Assembly (NCBI RefSeq): GCF_018977255.1
Contig: NW_024704742.1
Location: forward strand, 86,368,001-86,432,000
Source of the DNA: Callorhinchus milii
Lineage: Eukaryota
Length of the DNA: 64,000 bases
Direction of reading: 5' to 3'
Shown here: one piece after another, positions 13,960-26,534 of the stretch
How the letters are laid out: each line of letters begins with the position of its first letter
How positions within the stretch are numbered: position 1 is the stretch's first letter
Translations under genes and position numbers: made by a program
The notes under the pieces: model-generated
Told to the model about the DNA's origin: nothing
Database searches by the model: none
The model's input: only the letters and a program-made list of their open reading frames with translations

Positions 13960-14840
13960 AGACCATCCACACTGCCTTCTCCCTCCGCCACAGCCCCTGC
14001 CACTCCCCTCTCCTTACACTCCTTTGCCCCCATTTCGCCCTCCTCACTCTCAATCACAATCACCCGCATGATGTTCATCACCTGCTGCCTCGACCATTAG
14101 AGGTCGCGCCCCGAAACTCTGGAACACTCTCCCTCAATCCCTCCGCCTTGCCCCCTCTCCTCTTTTTCAAAACCTGCTTGAAAACCTTCCTTTTCAACTG
14201 TTCTTATGGTCACATCTCCTACACCGGCTCAGAGTCAGGCTCCACCACTGTCAAGCGCTATGAGACGCTACCCTGCGTGGAGGGAGCTATACAAGTGCAA
14301 GTTGTTATTGTTTCAACATACTCTTCCCTCCACAAGCTGCAGATCATCCAGAACTCTGCAGCACGTATCCTCTCCCATACCAGGCACCGTGAACCCATCA
14401 CCACCACTCTCACCCGGCTCCACTGGCTCCCCATCCCCCAGAGGATAGAGTTCAATATCCTCGTCCTCACCTTTAAGGCCATCCATGGCCTTGCTTCTCC
14501 CTACCTCTGTGACCTGCTGACCCCATATCAACCTGTCTGCTTCCTCTGCTCAGCAGGGCGTGGCCTGCTCTACGTCCCCCACCCGCCCCGCCCAACCATC
14601 GGTGGTCGGGCCTTCAGCCTTTCTGGCTCCACCCTACGGAACTCCATCCCACATTCCCTTCGCTTCGCTCCCTCTCTTGCCTCCTTCAAGGTGCGTCTCA
14701 AAACCCTCCTCTTCGACCAAGCCCTGGGCCACCCTCTTACCCTCCCTGATCCCAATCCCGACTCCCAGCTCGGGTCCAAATCCCTGATGATCCAGCATCT
14801 TGGGATGTCCCAACATGAAAGGCGCTATACAAATGTCATT
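13960..14840 (+). mobile_element. Tandem L2 3' fragments
   Basis: Two successive L2 tails (about 14310 and 14840); KLQIIQNSAAR...LHWLPI motif. Confidence 0.85.
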
Positions 14841-15301
14841 TTGGAATTGTGTAAAACCATGTGCGCACATTGGCAGCGCAAATTAGTTACCTTGTTTGCT
14901 TACACAGTGAAGTGCTTGGAATCATTTTGACATCATGAACGTAAAGCAAAGCATATGATTTAAAGAGTATTTATGACTCAGATCACAGCTCAGAGAAAAG
15001 TCAAGACATTTTTAAATTTAAATATGCAGGCATACCATTAATTTCCTGGAAGTCCTGTTTACACAAATTAACCCCCCGATATTTCGGGGTCTGTGCCATC
15101 CACAAAACAGTTTAGTTCAAATTAATAATTAGGAAAACTTTACAGTATATTTTACATATGTTACAGTCGCCTAAGAATTAATTATATATTTCCATTTAAT
15201 GCAAAATTATGTAAAATATTTGTATAGTCATATGACTGGCAACTGTCAGATTGAGGAACTTTTTCTTCAAGCACATAATCCCAGAAACTACTTCATGCCT
15301 G

Positions 15302-16556
15302 AGTCTCTCTCTCTTTCTCTCACCATCTGTCTGTCTTTCATCGTGTCCGTCTTTCTCTCACCATCTCGCTCACCCTGTCTCTCTCCCTCTCTCTCGCCAT
15401 GTCTCTCTCTCTCTCTCTCTCACATTGTCTCTCTCCCTCTCTCTCACCCGCCTCTCTCTCTCACCGTCTCTCTCTCTCTCTCTCTCTCACCCTGTCTCTC
15501 TCTCTCTCACCCTGTCTCTCTCTCTCTCACCCCGTGTCTCTCTCTCTCTCACCCCGTGTCTCCCTCTCTCTCACCCCGTGTCTCCCTCTCTCTCACCCCG
15601 TGTCTCTCTCTCTCACCCGCCTCTCTCTCTCACCGTGTCTCTCTCTCTCTCACCGTGTCTCTCTCTCTCACCCGCCTCTCTCTCTCACCCGCCTCTCTCT
15701 CTCTCTCTCTCACCCGCCTCTCTCTCTCTCTCTCTCACCCGCCTCTCTCTCTCTCACCCGCCTCTCTCTCTCTCTCCCGCCTCTCTTCCTCTCACCGTGT
15801 CTCTCTCTCTCTCTCTCACCGTGTCTCTTTCTATCTCAGTCTCTCTCACTGTCTCGCTCTCTCTCGCCATCTCAGTCTCTCTTTCAATCTCTCTCTGTCT
15901 CTCTGTTTCAGTCACAGCCTCTCTCTGTGTCACAGCCTCTCACTGTCTCTCTCTCGCCGTCTCAGTCTCTCCCCGTCTCAGTATCAGTCTCTCTCTGACT
16001 CAGTCTCTCTATCTCTCTCATTCTCTCTCTCTCTCGCTCTCTCTCTCGCTGTCTCAGTCTGTCTCTGTCTCAGTCTGTCTCTGTCTCAGTCTCTCTTTCT
16101 CTCAGTCTCTCTTTCTCTCAGTCTCTCTTTCTCTCTCTCAGTCTCTCTATCTCTCTCAGTCTCTCTATCTCTCTCTCAGTATCTCTATCTCTCTCTGTCT
16201 CTCTCTCTCAGTCTCTCTCTTTCTCTCAGTCTCTCTCTTTCTGTCTCTATCTCTCGCTCTGTCTCAGTCTCTCTATCTCTATTCTCTCTCAGTCTCTATT
16301 CTCTCTCAGTCTCTCTCTCTGTCTCAGTCTCTCTCTCTGTCTCAGTCTCTCTCTCTGTCTCAGTCTCTCTCTCTGTCTCAGTCTCTCTCTCTGTCTCAGT
16401 CTCTCTCTCTGTCTCAGTCTCTCTCTCTGTCTCAGTCTCTCTCTCTGTCTCAGTCTCTCTCTCTGTCTCTCTCTCAGTCTCTCTCTGTCTCAGTCTCTCT
16501 CTCTGTCTCAGTCTCTCTCTCTGTCTCAGTCTCTCTCTGTCTCAGTCTCTCTCAGT
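15302..16556. repeat. Compound (CT)n-based micro/minisatellite in SMC5 intron 1
   Basis: (CT)n interrupted by CACCC/CACCG in the left half and by periodic CTGTCTCAGT in the right half. Confidence 0.97.
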
Positions 16557-16692
16557 CATAATAACATAAGAGACCAAGTTCGCCTTCCACCATCCTGGCA
16601 GTCGCAATCATGTATGTCACAAACTATATCCTGAGATATTATTGTCTTAACAGAAATCTATCTAATTTGTTCTAGAAACAATCCCCAGATCG

Positions 16693-16727
<35 letters not shown>

Positions 16728-16739
16728 TCTCTCTCTGTC

Positions 16740-17580
16740 GCCGCCGTTTTTCACACACACTCACAGGAATTTGTCCATTTTGATCCTGACGATCGACCCC
16801 TCCACGAAGTGTCCTGGCGGCGGGTGCGGGTGCGGGTGCGGGGCGGCCTCCCGAGGGCCGCTGACGGCCGCCCTCTTCGCCTTCGACTCCCCCGGACCCG
16901 GGAACCTGCGCTTCGCCGCCGCCATCTTCGCGCCTTGAGGCCAGCGATCAGCGCGGCCTGTAGCCCAAAACCAGCCCAATCAGGCCCCCAAAGTAGCCCG
17001 AAACCCGCCCAGAACGAGCCCAAGACCCGCCCAGAACGCCGGACCGACGTCACCACCCCCCCCCCACCACCCCCCCCGAAAGTAGCCCAACGGTAGTTCA
17101 AAAAGTAGCCCAATCTTTACCGGTCGCCTCCTGCGGGGACCGACCGGGAGAGGCCGATTCAAACTCTGGTCAGGAAAAGAGCTCCGAAAGCAGCCAAAGA
17201 TAACAACGGTTTCGCCGGTTTAAAATGAGAAAAAGAAGGACGAAATTATTTTGCAGATGTTGGGGCAGGCGGTGAGCTCGAGCGTTTCCAGCCCAAAGTC
17301 CAGCCCCGAACAGGGATCCGCCGCCGGGACCGCGGTCCCCGACCCGAGGCTTCGCCCAACTGTCGCAACAAAGGTCTTCAGAACCCACACGAACACCAAA
17401 CACACGATTCCAGAGTTGACAGTTAAAAACACTACTCCAAATATTCAACAATTCCGCCCCCACCACCGCTACTCACACTCACTCACTCACACAAACACAC
17501 ACACAAACGGGCGGAATTCAACCCAAAACACCCGCCGCTCACGTCACGTGACCCATCCACCTCTCTCTCTCTCTCCCGCT
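16740..17580 (-). promoter_or_regulatory. CpG-island-like promoter / first exon region of SMC5
   Basis: CpG-dense against a CpG-poor background. YY1-type AAGATGGCGGC over the start codon (16918-16928), CCAAT at 16976 and 17110, TTTGAA (minus) at 17097-17102 and 17158-17163, E-box GTCACGTGAC at 17543-17552. Confidence 0.8.
16765..16925 (-). CDS. SMC5: SMC5 coding exon 1 (MAAAKRRF...GHFVEGSIVRIKMDKFL)
   Basis: ATG at 16925 in a CpG-rich region. FVEGSIVRIxMxxFL is the SMC5 N-terminal motif. Donor CT|gtgagt; 161 nt, phase 2, joins exon 2 in frame. Confidence 0.93.
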
Positions 17581-17586
17581 CCGCGT

Positions 17587-17714
17587 ACACAGCGTGCCAC
17601 CCACACAGCGTGCCCCCCACACAGGGTGCCTCCCACACAGCGTGCCCCCCACACAGCGTGCCCCCCACACAGCGTGCCCCCCACTCAGCGTGCCCCCCAC
17701 TCAGCGTGCCCCTC
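17587..17714. repeat. Minisatellite, 8 x 16 bp (ACACAGCGTGCCCCCC)
   Basis: Units counted directly. Confidence 0.95.
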
Positions 17715-19080
17715 AAAGGGATTTGAAACCGAGTGTGAGGATCCTGAAATTGTTCCGTTTAGCGATAGGGAGCCAGTGGAGCCTGGCTAGAAGTGGTGTG
17801 AATTAGGTATAGAGTTTAGTACAGGTGAGTATGTGGGTGGCGGAGTTTTGGGGATGGAAGGACAGCTGTGGGTTGAACCTGACCCTCGGTCGCGTATTGG
17901 TTGTGGTGAGTCTAAGGCTGGAGAGGTTGAGGAGGTCAGAGCGGCAGGACAGAAGACATTGATGGGAGCCAATGAGTATGGTTTCCGTCTTGTCAACATT
18001 GAGTTGTAAGAAGTTTGGGCTCATCCAGACTCTCGTGCACCAGACAGACCAACAGAACATCGGTGGACCTGGAGTCACAGTTGGAGGAGGAAAAGTAGAT
18101 TTGTGTATACATGTGGAAGTTTACCCCATGTCTGCAGATGCCATCACTGAGAGGGAGCATATAGATGAGGAAGTGGATGGGGGCAAGGATGGAGATTTGG
18201 GGTAAACCACAGATGACCAGGTGGGGGCGGGAGGAAAAATCGTTTGAAGAGACAAAGTGAAGGCAGTTTGTTAAATAGTACTTGAACCTAGGCTAGTAGA
18301 GTCCCACTATGATGGATGAGGGAGGAGAGACGGTGGATGAGGATGGCATGATCGACTGTGTCAAATGCGGTGGAGAAGGCCAGGAAGATGAGGGGGCAGA
18401 GGCAGCCCTGGTCACACAGAGAGAGGACGTCGTTTGTGACCTTGGCAAGCGCCGTCTCTGTTCTGCGGGCAGGGTGGAAACCAGACTGCAGGAGCTTGTG
18501 GTGGGAGAGGTGAGAGCAAACTGGTTAGCCACAACATGTTCCAGAGATTTGGCAAGGAAGGGCAGGTTGGAAATGGAACAGTAATTTGTGAGGTTGGAGG
18601 GTCAAGGGTGTTTTTTTTTTGAAAGGGGGAGTGATGACAGCGGTTATAAGGGTTAGAGAAACAGAACCTGAGAAGAGCAACTGGTTGACTGTGTTGGCCA
18701 GCAGTGGGGAGAGGAGTTGAGTAACCAGGAACTGGGTAGGGAAGGGGTCAAGGCAGCAGGTGGTGGGCTTCATCTTGACAATGGTGATTGAGAGGAGGGG
18801 GTAGTAATTGGGGTAAGAGTTCAGGAACGGGTGAGGGGTAAGGAGCCATGGCAGAAGGAGGGGTTGGTGTAAACGGTCTGGGGGATGCAAAAAGGGACGT
18901 AAGAGAGTAGGATGCAGCCGACTGGATATTTTCAAATTTTGATACAAAGAAATCTGGAAGCTCTTTGCACTTGGCATTTGAAGTAATGATGGAGGCAGCT
19001 TGGGGGGTGCGCAGAGGTGGTGATAGATGGTAAAGAACAGTGCCTTTGGGTTGTTTTTGGTCTCCAAAATGGTTTTGGAG
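17715..19080 (-). mobile_element. Old degenerate L2 LINE fragment
   Basis: KPTTCCLDPFPT and NFLQLNVDKTE motifs, multiple frameshifts. Confidence 0.82.
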
Positions 19081-20492
19081 CAAAAAGCAGTTATAATAAT
19101 AATAATCCTTGCATTTGATATAGCGCCTTATCACAGGTCCAGGAAGAGTTGCGCAGAGATCATAGAACTCCAGGTTGCCTTACTGCACCCTGGAGTTCTG
19201 TGAAATTTGCACTCTCTAGGTGGGTCCACAGTAATCCAGGGCACTGCTGATGTCTACACAGCCAGCCCAACTCATCGACAGAACTTGGAAGGGAAGACCA
19301 GTCACTGTGGGCATACACTCTTCTCACTCAGCTCCTGTTAACCCTGAAAGCCCAAGCCCTAAATGGTAGGGTGGTCCTAGCTGAACAAGCAGTGGGAAAG
19401 CTTGGCACACAGTTCTGTGAATGGCAAAGTATGCAGGCGGTTTTAGCTGGTTAGACTCCAGCCGTACTCCAACACACACTCTGGTTTCTCAATAGTTTCT
19501 CAAATTGGCTGTTTGCTTTAGAGTGTCTGAGCTGAATTAGTCTTGTTTTTTTCCAGCTCATTTCAACAGCTTATGGAATTTTTTTTACGCACATCGGCTG
19601 TTTTCTTTCCCTCACAAGCTGGCAGACAAGAATACCCTGGAGAATCAACAGTATTTGCTCATTTACTTTCCCTCCTCAGATCTAGGTACATTTGGGATTT
19701 TTCAGCTTCTATCCATATGTACAATTATATTTGTGATTTTTAATGTTTTTTAAGGCTTTTAATTATATGTATTTATAATGTAACCTACCCATAATTCTTT
19801 AATAAGGTTTGTTTAATAGAATGACTAGGTTAGCAGGGGTTAAAAGTAGCTTTGCTGGACGGGTTGACGTCAGCGTCTGATTATATTTCATATTTTCCTG
19901 GGAAGATGTTCACTCCGCTGAGATAATGAGCAATCGGGTCCTTGAGCATAGATGTAAGAACAATGAACCACAGAAAGAAAAGGCTACAGCCTCACATGCC
20001 GGCCTATCTCAACGCTGAGAAACAAACAGGCTGTGGAAGGTTGCCCAGAAGTTGTCCATATCTTTTCCCATGCGAAAAGAGCCTGCTCAAAGATCGCTAG
20101 CAGCCTGCGAAAAGTGGGAGCTATCTCTGTGACCAGGGGGAGGTGGAATTAGAAACACATAAAAGAGAGATGTAACTTTGAAATAGTTGGAGTTGTGTAG
20201 AGGGTCAGCACACTTTGCAGTGAATCGATATTGATTCTACTGTATCTATGTATATGTACAGGGGTGAGGGAAATTACCTCCAGTAAGAAAGTGACCATGG
20301 AAAGTGAAAGAGGAGGAGTAGTGAGTAATATGTTTTTGGTTCTGTCTGCTAGGCAGAGAAGTAATAACAGGAGTAGTGGTTGGTCCATTTGAAACACAGA
20401 AGTCGGGTTAGACAGTACGAGTGAGGTGCTGGGCTAAGAGCTGATTGTTTCTGTTGGGTTTCCAGGAGCCACTCTCTATGATTCTGTGTGAT

Positions 20493-23400
20493 ACAACAAC
20501 AACAACAAGATTCCATTTATAGAGCGCCTTTCACGTCGGGAGGACGTCCCAAGGCGCTGTACAGTTGGGTCAGGACCCGAGCAGGGGGAAAATGGTCAGG
20601 GTGAGGGGAAGGAAGGGAGGGAGCGAGGAGGGGGTAGAGAGTCGAGAGGGGAGCTGAAGGCACGGTCAAAGAGAAAGGTCTTGAGACCGGCCTTGAAGGA
20701 GGAAAGGGAGGAGGCGGCGAAGGCACTGGGGGATGGAGTTCCAGAGCCTAGGGGCTGAGAGGCTGAAGGCCCGGCCACCGATGGTAGGGCGGTTGGGGCG
20801 GGGGATGTGGAGCAGACCGGAGCCAGAGGAACGGAGGGTACGGGCAGGTAGGTAGGGGGATAGTAGGTCAGAGAGGTAGGAGGGAGCAAGGCCGTGAATG
20901 GCCTTGTAGGTGAGGATGAGGATCTTGAATTCGATCCTCTGGGGGATGGGGAGCCAGTGGAGGCGAGCGAGGGTGGGAGTGATGTGGTCCTGGTGCGGGA
21001 CAGTACACGAGCTGCAGAGTTCTGAATGACCTGCAGCTTGTGGAGGGAGGTGCCGGGAAGGCCGGCGAGGAGAGAGTTCCCATAGTCCAGCCTTGAGGTG
21101 ATAAAGGCGTGGACCAGAGTTTCAGCAGCGTGAGGGGTGAGGTAGTGCCGTAGTCTGGCGATATTCCGGAGGTGATGGAAGGCGGTGCCAGTTGTGGTGC
21201 GGATATGAGGGAGAAAGGACAGCTCAGGGTCGAACAGAACCCGAGGTTCCTGACTGGCTTTGAGAGGTGGAGAGTGCAGCCTTGGATGCTGATGCTGTCA
21301 GCGCCTGAGGTGCGGAGGCGCTGACGTGAGCCAATCAGGAGGGCCTCAGTTTTGCGCACGTTGAGCTGAAGAAAGTTATCTCTCGTCCAGGACTCGATGT
21401 CGGACAGGCAGCTGTCAGGACATCGGTGGTCGTGGAGTTGAGGGTAGAGGAGGAAAGGTAGAGTTGGGTGTCATCCGCATACATGTGGAAGTTAACCCCA
21501 TGTCTGCGGATGATGTCACCAAGGGGGAGCATATAGAGGGTGAAGAGGAGGGGACCGAGGACAGAGCCTTGAGGGACACCGCACGAGACAGTGCGGGGGC
21601 GGAGGAAAAACCATTTGTGGAGACAAAGTGAAGACGGTGGGAGAGGTACGACCTAAACCACTCAAGGACAGGGCCTTGAAGGTTTAGGTGGGAGGACAAG
21701 CGGTGGAGGAGGATAGCATGGTCGACCGTATCGAATGCTGCCGATAGGTCGAGGAGGACGAGGAGGCAGAGGGAGCCCTGGTCACAGATGGTCAGGATGT
21801 CATTGGTGACCTTGACCAGGGCAGTTTCTGTGCTATGGGCAGCACGGAAACCCGACTGAAGGGGTTCGAATAGTGAATGGGTGGAGAGGAAAGAGCGCAG
21901 CTGGGAGGCGACAACTCGTTCCAGGACCTTGGACAGGAAGGGGAGGTTGGAGATGGGCCGGTAGCTTGATAGCTGCGACGCATCAAGGGAGGGTTTTTTT
22001 AAGGTGGGAGTGATGGTGGCAGTTTTTAAGGGAATGGGAATAGAGCCAGAGGAGAGGGACAGGTTGACGATGTCTGTGATATGTGGGGCAAGGAGGTGGA
22101 GCTGGGAGATAAGGAGTGGAGTGGGGATGGGGTCAAGGGAGCAGGTGGTGGTTTAAGGGATAGGATGAGTTTGGTGACAGAGGGTGGGGAAACGGGTACG
22201 AAGGTGTGTAGGGGAGGATGGGTAGGAGTCGGAGTGTGGGAGGGAAGGGGTGGGTGGTGGGTGGATGTTGGAGGGGAAGTGACCGCGGAGCGGATTCCCT
22301 TGATCTTGGATTCAAGGAAATCCAGCATCTCCTCGCAGTGAAGGTTGGAGGAGATGACCTGCGCGGGGGGGACGGAGGAGTTGGGATGTGGTAGAGAACA
22401 GTAGCCTGGGGTTGTCCTTCGCCTCCAGGATTATCCTGGAGTAGAAGGACGATTTGGCCGAGGCTAGAGTGGAGCGGTAGATTTTGAGGAGGTCCAGCCA
22501 GATTTGTCGGTGGACCGTTAGGCCAGATTTGACCAGGTGCGTTCAGGGGCCCGCACCTGGCTCTTCAGTGAGCGGAGGTGGGTGGTGAACCAGGGGGAGG
22601 AGCGAGAGTAGGAGACAGTACGGGAGGTGATAGGGGCAAGAGTGTCAAGTGTGGAGGAGAGGGTGTTGTGGAGGAGGGTGAGAGCAGAAGAGGGGTCGGT
22701 GAGGGTTGAAGGCCAGAGGGAGAGGAGTTCAGAGGACTCCAAGGCAGCGGTTAGGGATTGAGGGGGTAACTTCTTCCAGGGGCGGTAGAAGATGGTGGTG
22801 GGTCTGGTGGAGGTGGGGAGGGGGGTGGAGGTGGTGAAGGAGATGAAGTGGTGGTCGGAGATGGCCTTGTCGGTGATGGTGACATCCGAGACACTGAGGC
22901 CCCGGGTGATCACCAAGTCGAGTGGGTGGCCGTGACTGTGAGTGGGGGAGTTGATGTGGAGGGAGAGGTTGAGCGAGGAGAGCAGGGAAGAGAAATCTGA
23001 GGAGATTGAGCAGGAGGGGGTGAAGTGCAGGTTAAAGTCGCCCAGGATGATGAGGCGATCAGAGCAGAGGCAGAGAGATGTGAGAAGTGTTGAGATATCA
23101 GAGATAAAGGTGGGAGAGGTTTTAGGGGGCCGGTAGAGGAGGAGGATTTTAAGTGAGAGGAAGGAGGGGTGGGAGAGGGTGAGGTGCTCAAAGAGGGGAA
23201 AGAGCCAGAGGAGTAGGGGGATAGGGCAAGTGGTGTCCTTGAGATAAGGGCAACACCACCGCCACGGCGGTTGGGGCGAGGGATGTGGTGGGAGGTGTAG
23301 CCGGGTGGTGTGGCCTCCGTGAGGGGGAAGGTGTCGCCTGGGGTGAGCCAGGTTTCCGTTAAGGCCATGATATCAACGTTCTCATCAAGGATGAGATCGT

Positions 23401-23781
23401 TGATGACCAGGGCCTTGTTACAGAGGGAGCGGACATTTTGTAGTCCGATGTGGAGGGAGCGGTTGACAGAAGGGTGTGTGGGGAGGGGGGTCCCGGTTGT
23501 GAAGCAGGGGTGGGGGAAATGGGGATAAGGGAGGAGAGGTTGACTCCCCGGGTCTGTGTCCGGGGTGGCTGGCGAGTGTGGTGGGGAATGGGGCAGTCGG
23601 TGTGGCTGCTGCTGGACAGCCAACGCCGAGTGCCACGGTGAGCCCGGCGGAGGATTCCCAGGCTGGAACAGAGGGAGGTTGTGGGAGGGTCAAGTGGGGA
23701 TAGAAGGCGAGAGGGACGGAGAGAGAGGAGGAGAGAGCGGGAGAGATGCAGAGGGGGGAGGGTTTGGGGGTAGAGAGGAGG
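20493..23781 (-). mobile_element. Near full-length L2-clade LINE ORF2 (APE endonuclease plus RT), frameshifted, with (TTG)n tail
   Basis: APE motifs QNVRSL and ALTETWL (about 23340-23450); RT motif [10 protein letters not shown]2-type C-terminus ([14 protein letters not shown]); 3' tail ending in (caa)n on the plus strand at 20493. Confidence 0.93.
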
Positions 23782-24509
23782 GATAGTTCTGTGATCTCTC
23801 CAGTGTATGTCAAGGTGTGTTCCCAGGTCTACTGGATACGTGTTGTCGTCCCTGTATTATCAGTACTACTGTTGTTGTGTATAACTGGTTAGATCCGAGG
23901 GTTTACCGGACGCTGGTCCCTGCTTAGTGTATGTATTATCAGAATCATTTGTCCCTGAGGGATTTCAAGGGCCTGATCTCTGTTGTGTATTTTGAGGTGT
24001 GTTGTTTGTCTGGAGTACTGAGCAACCCCTGTGTGCGTGCGAGTGATAAATGGTTTGCTCACATAGATGTGTTGTATTGTTATTGTGTTGTTATATGTAG
24101 TATGATTTGATTACAGATTGTTAAACCTTATGTTTCATCTTATACAATAAACTCTATACTCTTACTACTGGCTGTCGAATTATTCAGTTTAAACATAACC
24201 AGTAACAAACCATAATATTATCCCAAGATATAATTTTACATGTTTTTTTGTATTTGACAATGGGTTTATTGGAATTCCTATTAGCTCAAGTTAACTCAGA
24301 GCGGAGTGCACACAGGACACAAGATTACAAGATTGGTTCGGATGAAAAAGCCCCTTTGGCCAGATAATCTCATCCTTCTACAGCACCCTGTCATCGCAGC
24401 ATCAAATTGCCTTTTAAATGAAGTCAATATTCTGGCCTCTACCAGCTTTCCTGGTCGATATTTTGTACTTCTGGTTACTGGACAGAATCCTGGAAGGATT
24501 TTTTCTTTG

Positions 24510-24945
24510 TATCCTCACCTGCACCAAACTCCACATGGCCATCGCTTTAGTTGTTACCAGGCTCCTCTGGCTCATTCTCACCTAGAAATAAATCTTTTTA
24601 TATCTCAGCACCTCCTTATCTCTGTGACCTTCCCCTATCTCACTCTGCTCGCCACTTCCGCTCAGCTGTCTCCAGGCTCCTGCATGTTCCCTGCCTCCTC
24701 TGTGCCACCATTGGTGGCCAAGCCTTTAGCTGCAACACCGCTAACCTCTGAAACTCTCTGTCTCTACCCCTCCATCTTGGCCCTCTGTCTGCCTTCAAAT
24801 TTTGACCAAAACCATATATCGTTGAAGATACCACCTATGGTCCCCTCCCACTTCCCTCTTGCTCAATGTCTGACCCTGCCTTTGTGAAGAGCTCTGAGAT
24901 GTCACCCCATGTGAAGGGCGCTATATAAATGCAAGTTGTTGTTCT
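24510..24945 (+). mobile_element. Old L2 3' fragment
   Basis: TIGGQAFS motif and tail gtgaagggcgctatataaatgcaagttgttgtt. Confidence 0.75.
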
Positions 24946-26225
24946 TATTAAGAAGTATTAATGCAATACTGGAAATTCAATCCAATATTTCCATTCACCC
25001 AGATACATAATTGAAGGTGAGTCAGTGTGTTGGAGGATCAGTTGTACAAAAAGTTGCATATCAATACGAAGTCTTCCACCCAACTTTATTCAAACTGAGT
25101 ACATACACAGCACAACCTGGATCCAACCGCCTGGAGGGCTTGGCCAATAACTGCTGAAGATAAATCTTAAAAAAGAACACAAACAATACCTAATATTTAC
25201 AGATCGTACCATGCAATTCCAAGTAAATATGTATATTAATAACTAACATCGGGGAGACTTGGATGAGGCCATTCTGTACTGCTTCTCTGGCAAAAGCCAC
25301 ACACTCACAATTTCTAAAGTGTAGACTTAAGAATGGTCAATCCTTTGCCCTTGCTGGGAGTAGACATTTATTGAATAAAAGCCATTCAATTGAACTTTTT
25401 TCACCTACGGTGAAGGCCAAGAAGGAATAACCCAGAATAATTTACAACGTTTACAAGATCCACAGTAAAGGCTTTTTCAAGTTACTGAGGTGAATCCTGC
25501 CCTCTTGTTGCACTTCACATGTGACCCAAATAATGGAACTCTAGACAACAGTCATTCAGATCTGCTGGTATGGAGACCCTCGATTGTGTGGCAATGTTTT
25601 TCTATGCTCTGTAAATGAAAAAACACAAAGGAAACAAAGGGCATTATTTTTCCCTTCAATAACAACACCAACAAATTACATTTGTATAGCGCCTTTCACG
25701 TCGGGAGGACTTCTCAAAGCACTGGACAGTCGAGGAAGTGCACCCGAGCTGGAGGTTGGGATCAGGAGGGGTGGAGATGGGGGTAGGAGGGTGACCAAAG
25801 GTGTGGTCAAAGAGGAAGGTCTTGAGATAATTGTTAAAAAATTCAGACAATTTTTTCTTCAATATACTGTATAAGGCAATAACTGCATGTCAATTAAGTT
25901 CCAGTGTAATCTACCCAAACCAAGCCTTGATATGTGCTTAGCATTTTCAACCTCATAGACAAGCTGCTCCAGTGGAGAACTGATAGGTACAAGGTTAGAT
26001 TTCCAGTTTACACTGAGTAAGCTGAAGCTGAGTTGGGTCTAAGAAGACATGCCTGGCAATGGAAGACTGAAATTGAGTCAATCTTTTGTTACAGGATTTT
26101 AGGGTGCCAGTGAGCTAATTTCCTCACTTTTTAAAAGAAAACTACGCAACACCAGCCATATAGATGGAAGATTGAGGGTTCTAATCCTGGCTATCTGATC
26201 TTAGTCTAAGAGGAAGAGGAGAGAA

Positions 26226-26534
26226 TTAAATACAATAGAAAAATAGAAAGTTTTACCAACAATATTTTTCTTCACGGTACAGAAACTGAACAATCAGATC
26301 AGGTCTCTATTGATGTTGTTGTTCTTCAAACCTGCTGTAATTCCTCTCAATGGCCTCTTCAGTTTCCAGCAGGTCTGAAGGACAACATCAATAAAGACCT
26401 GACCTGATTGTTCATTTTCTGTACTGTGAAAAAAAAGTACTGTTTTGCAAAGCAAAGCAGATTTCTGAATAATTACTGATTGCAAAACAAAACAGATTGT
26501 TGGTAAAACTTTCCATTTTTTTATTGTGGTTTAA
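26226..26534. repeat. Long imperfect inverted repeat (fold-back / MITE-like)
   Basis: 26271-26337 pairs with 26367-26430; 26226-26263 pairs with 26496-26534. Confidence 0.85.

Noticed and set aside
13857..14930. 357-aa ORF
   Set aside because: Chance read-through across adjacent L2 3' fragments; only part is in the ORF2 frame.
15199..16569. Long Ser/Leu-rich ORFs (456, 436 and 199 aa)
   Set aside because: Translation artefacts of the stop-free (CT)n repeat.
16809..17790. Plus-strand ORFs in the promoter suggesting a divergent gene
   Set aside because: Low-complexity translations of GC-rich promoter and minisatellite sequence, with no homologous motif or downstream exons. A divergent non-coding transcript cannot be excluded.
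20493..23781. Autonomous active L2
   Set aside because: ORF2 is broken by several frameshifts and there is no recognisable ORF1.
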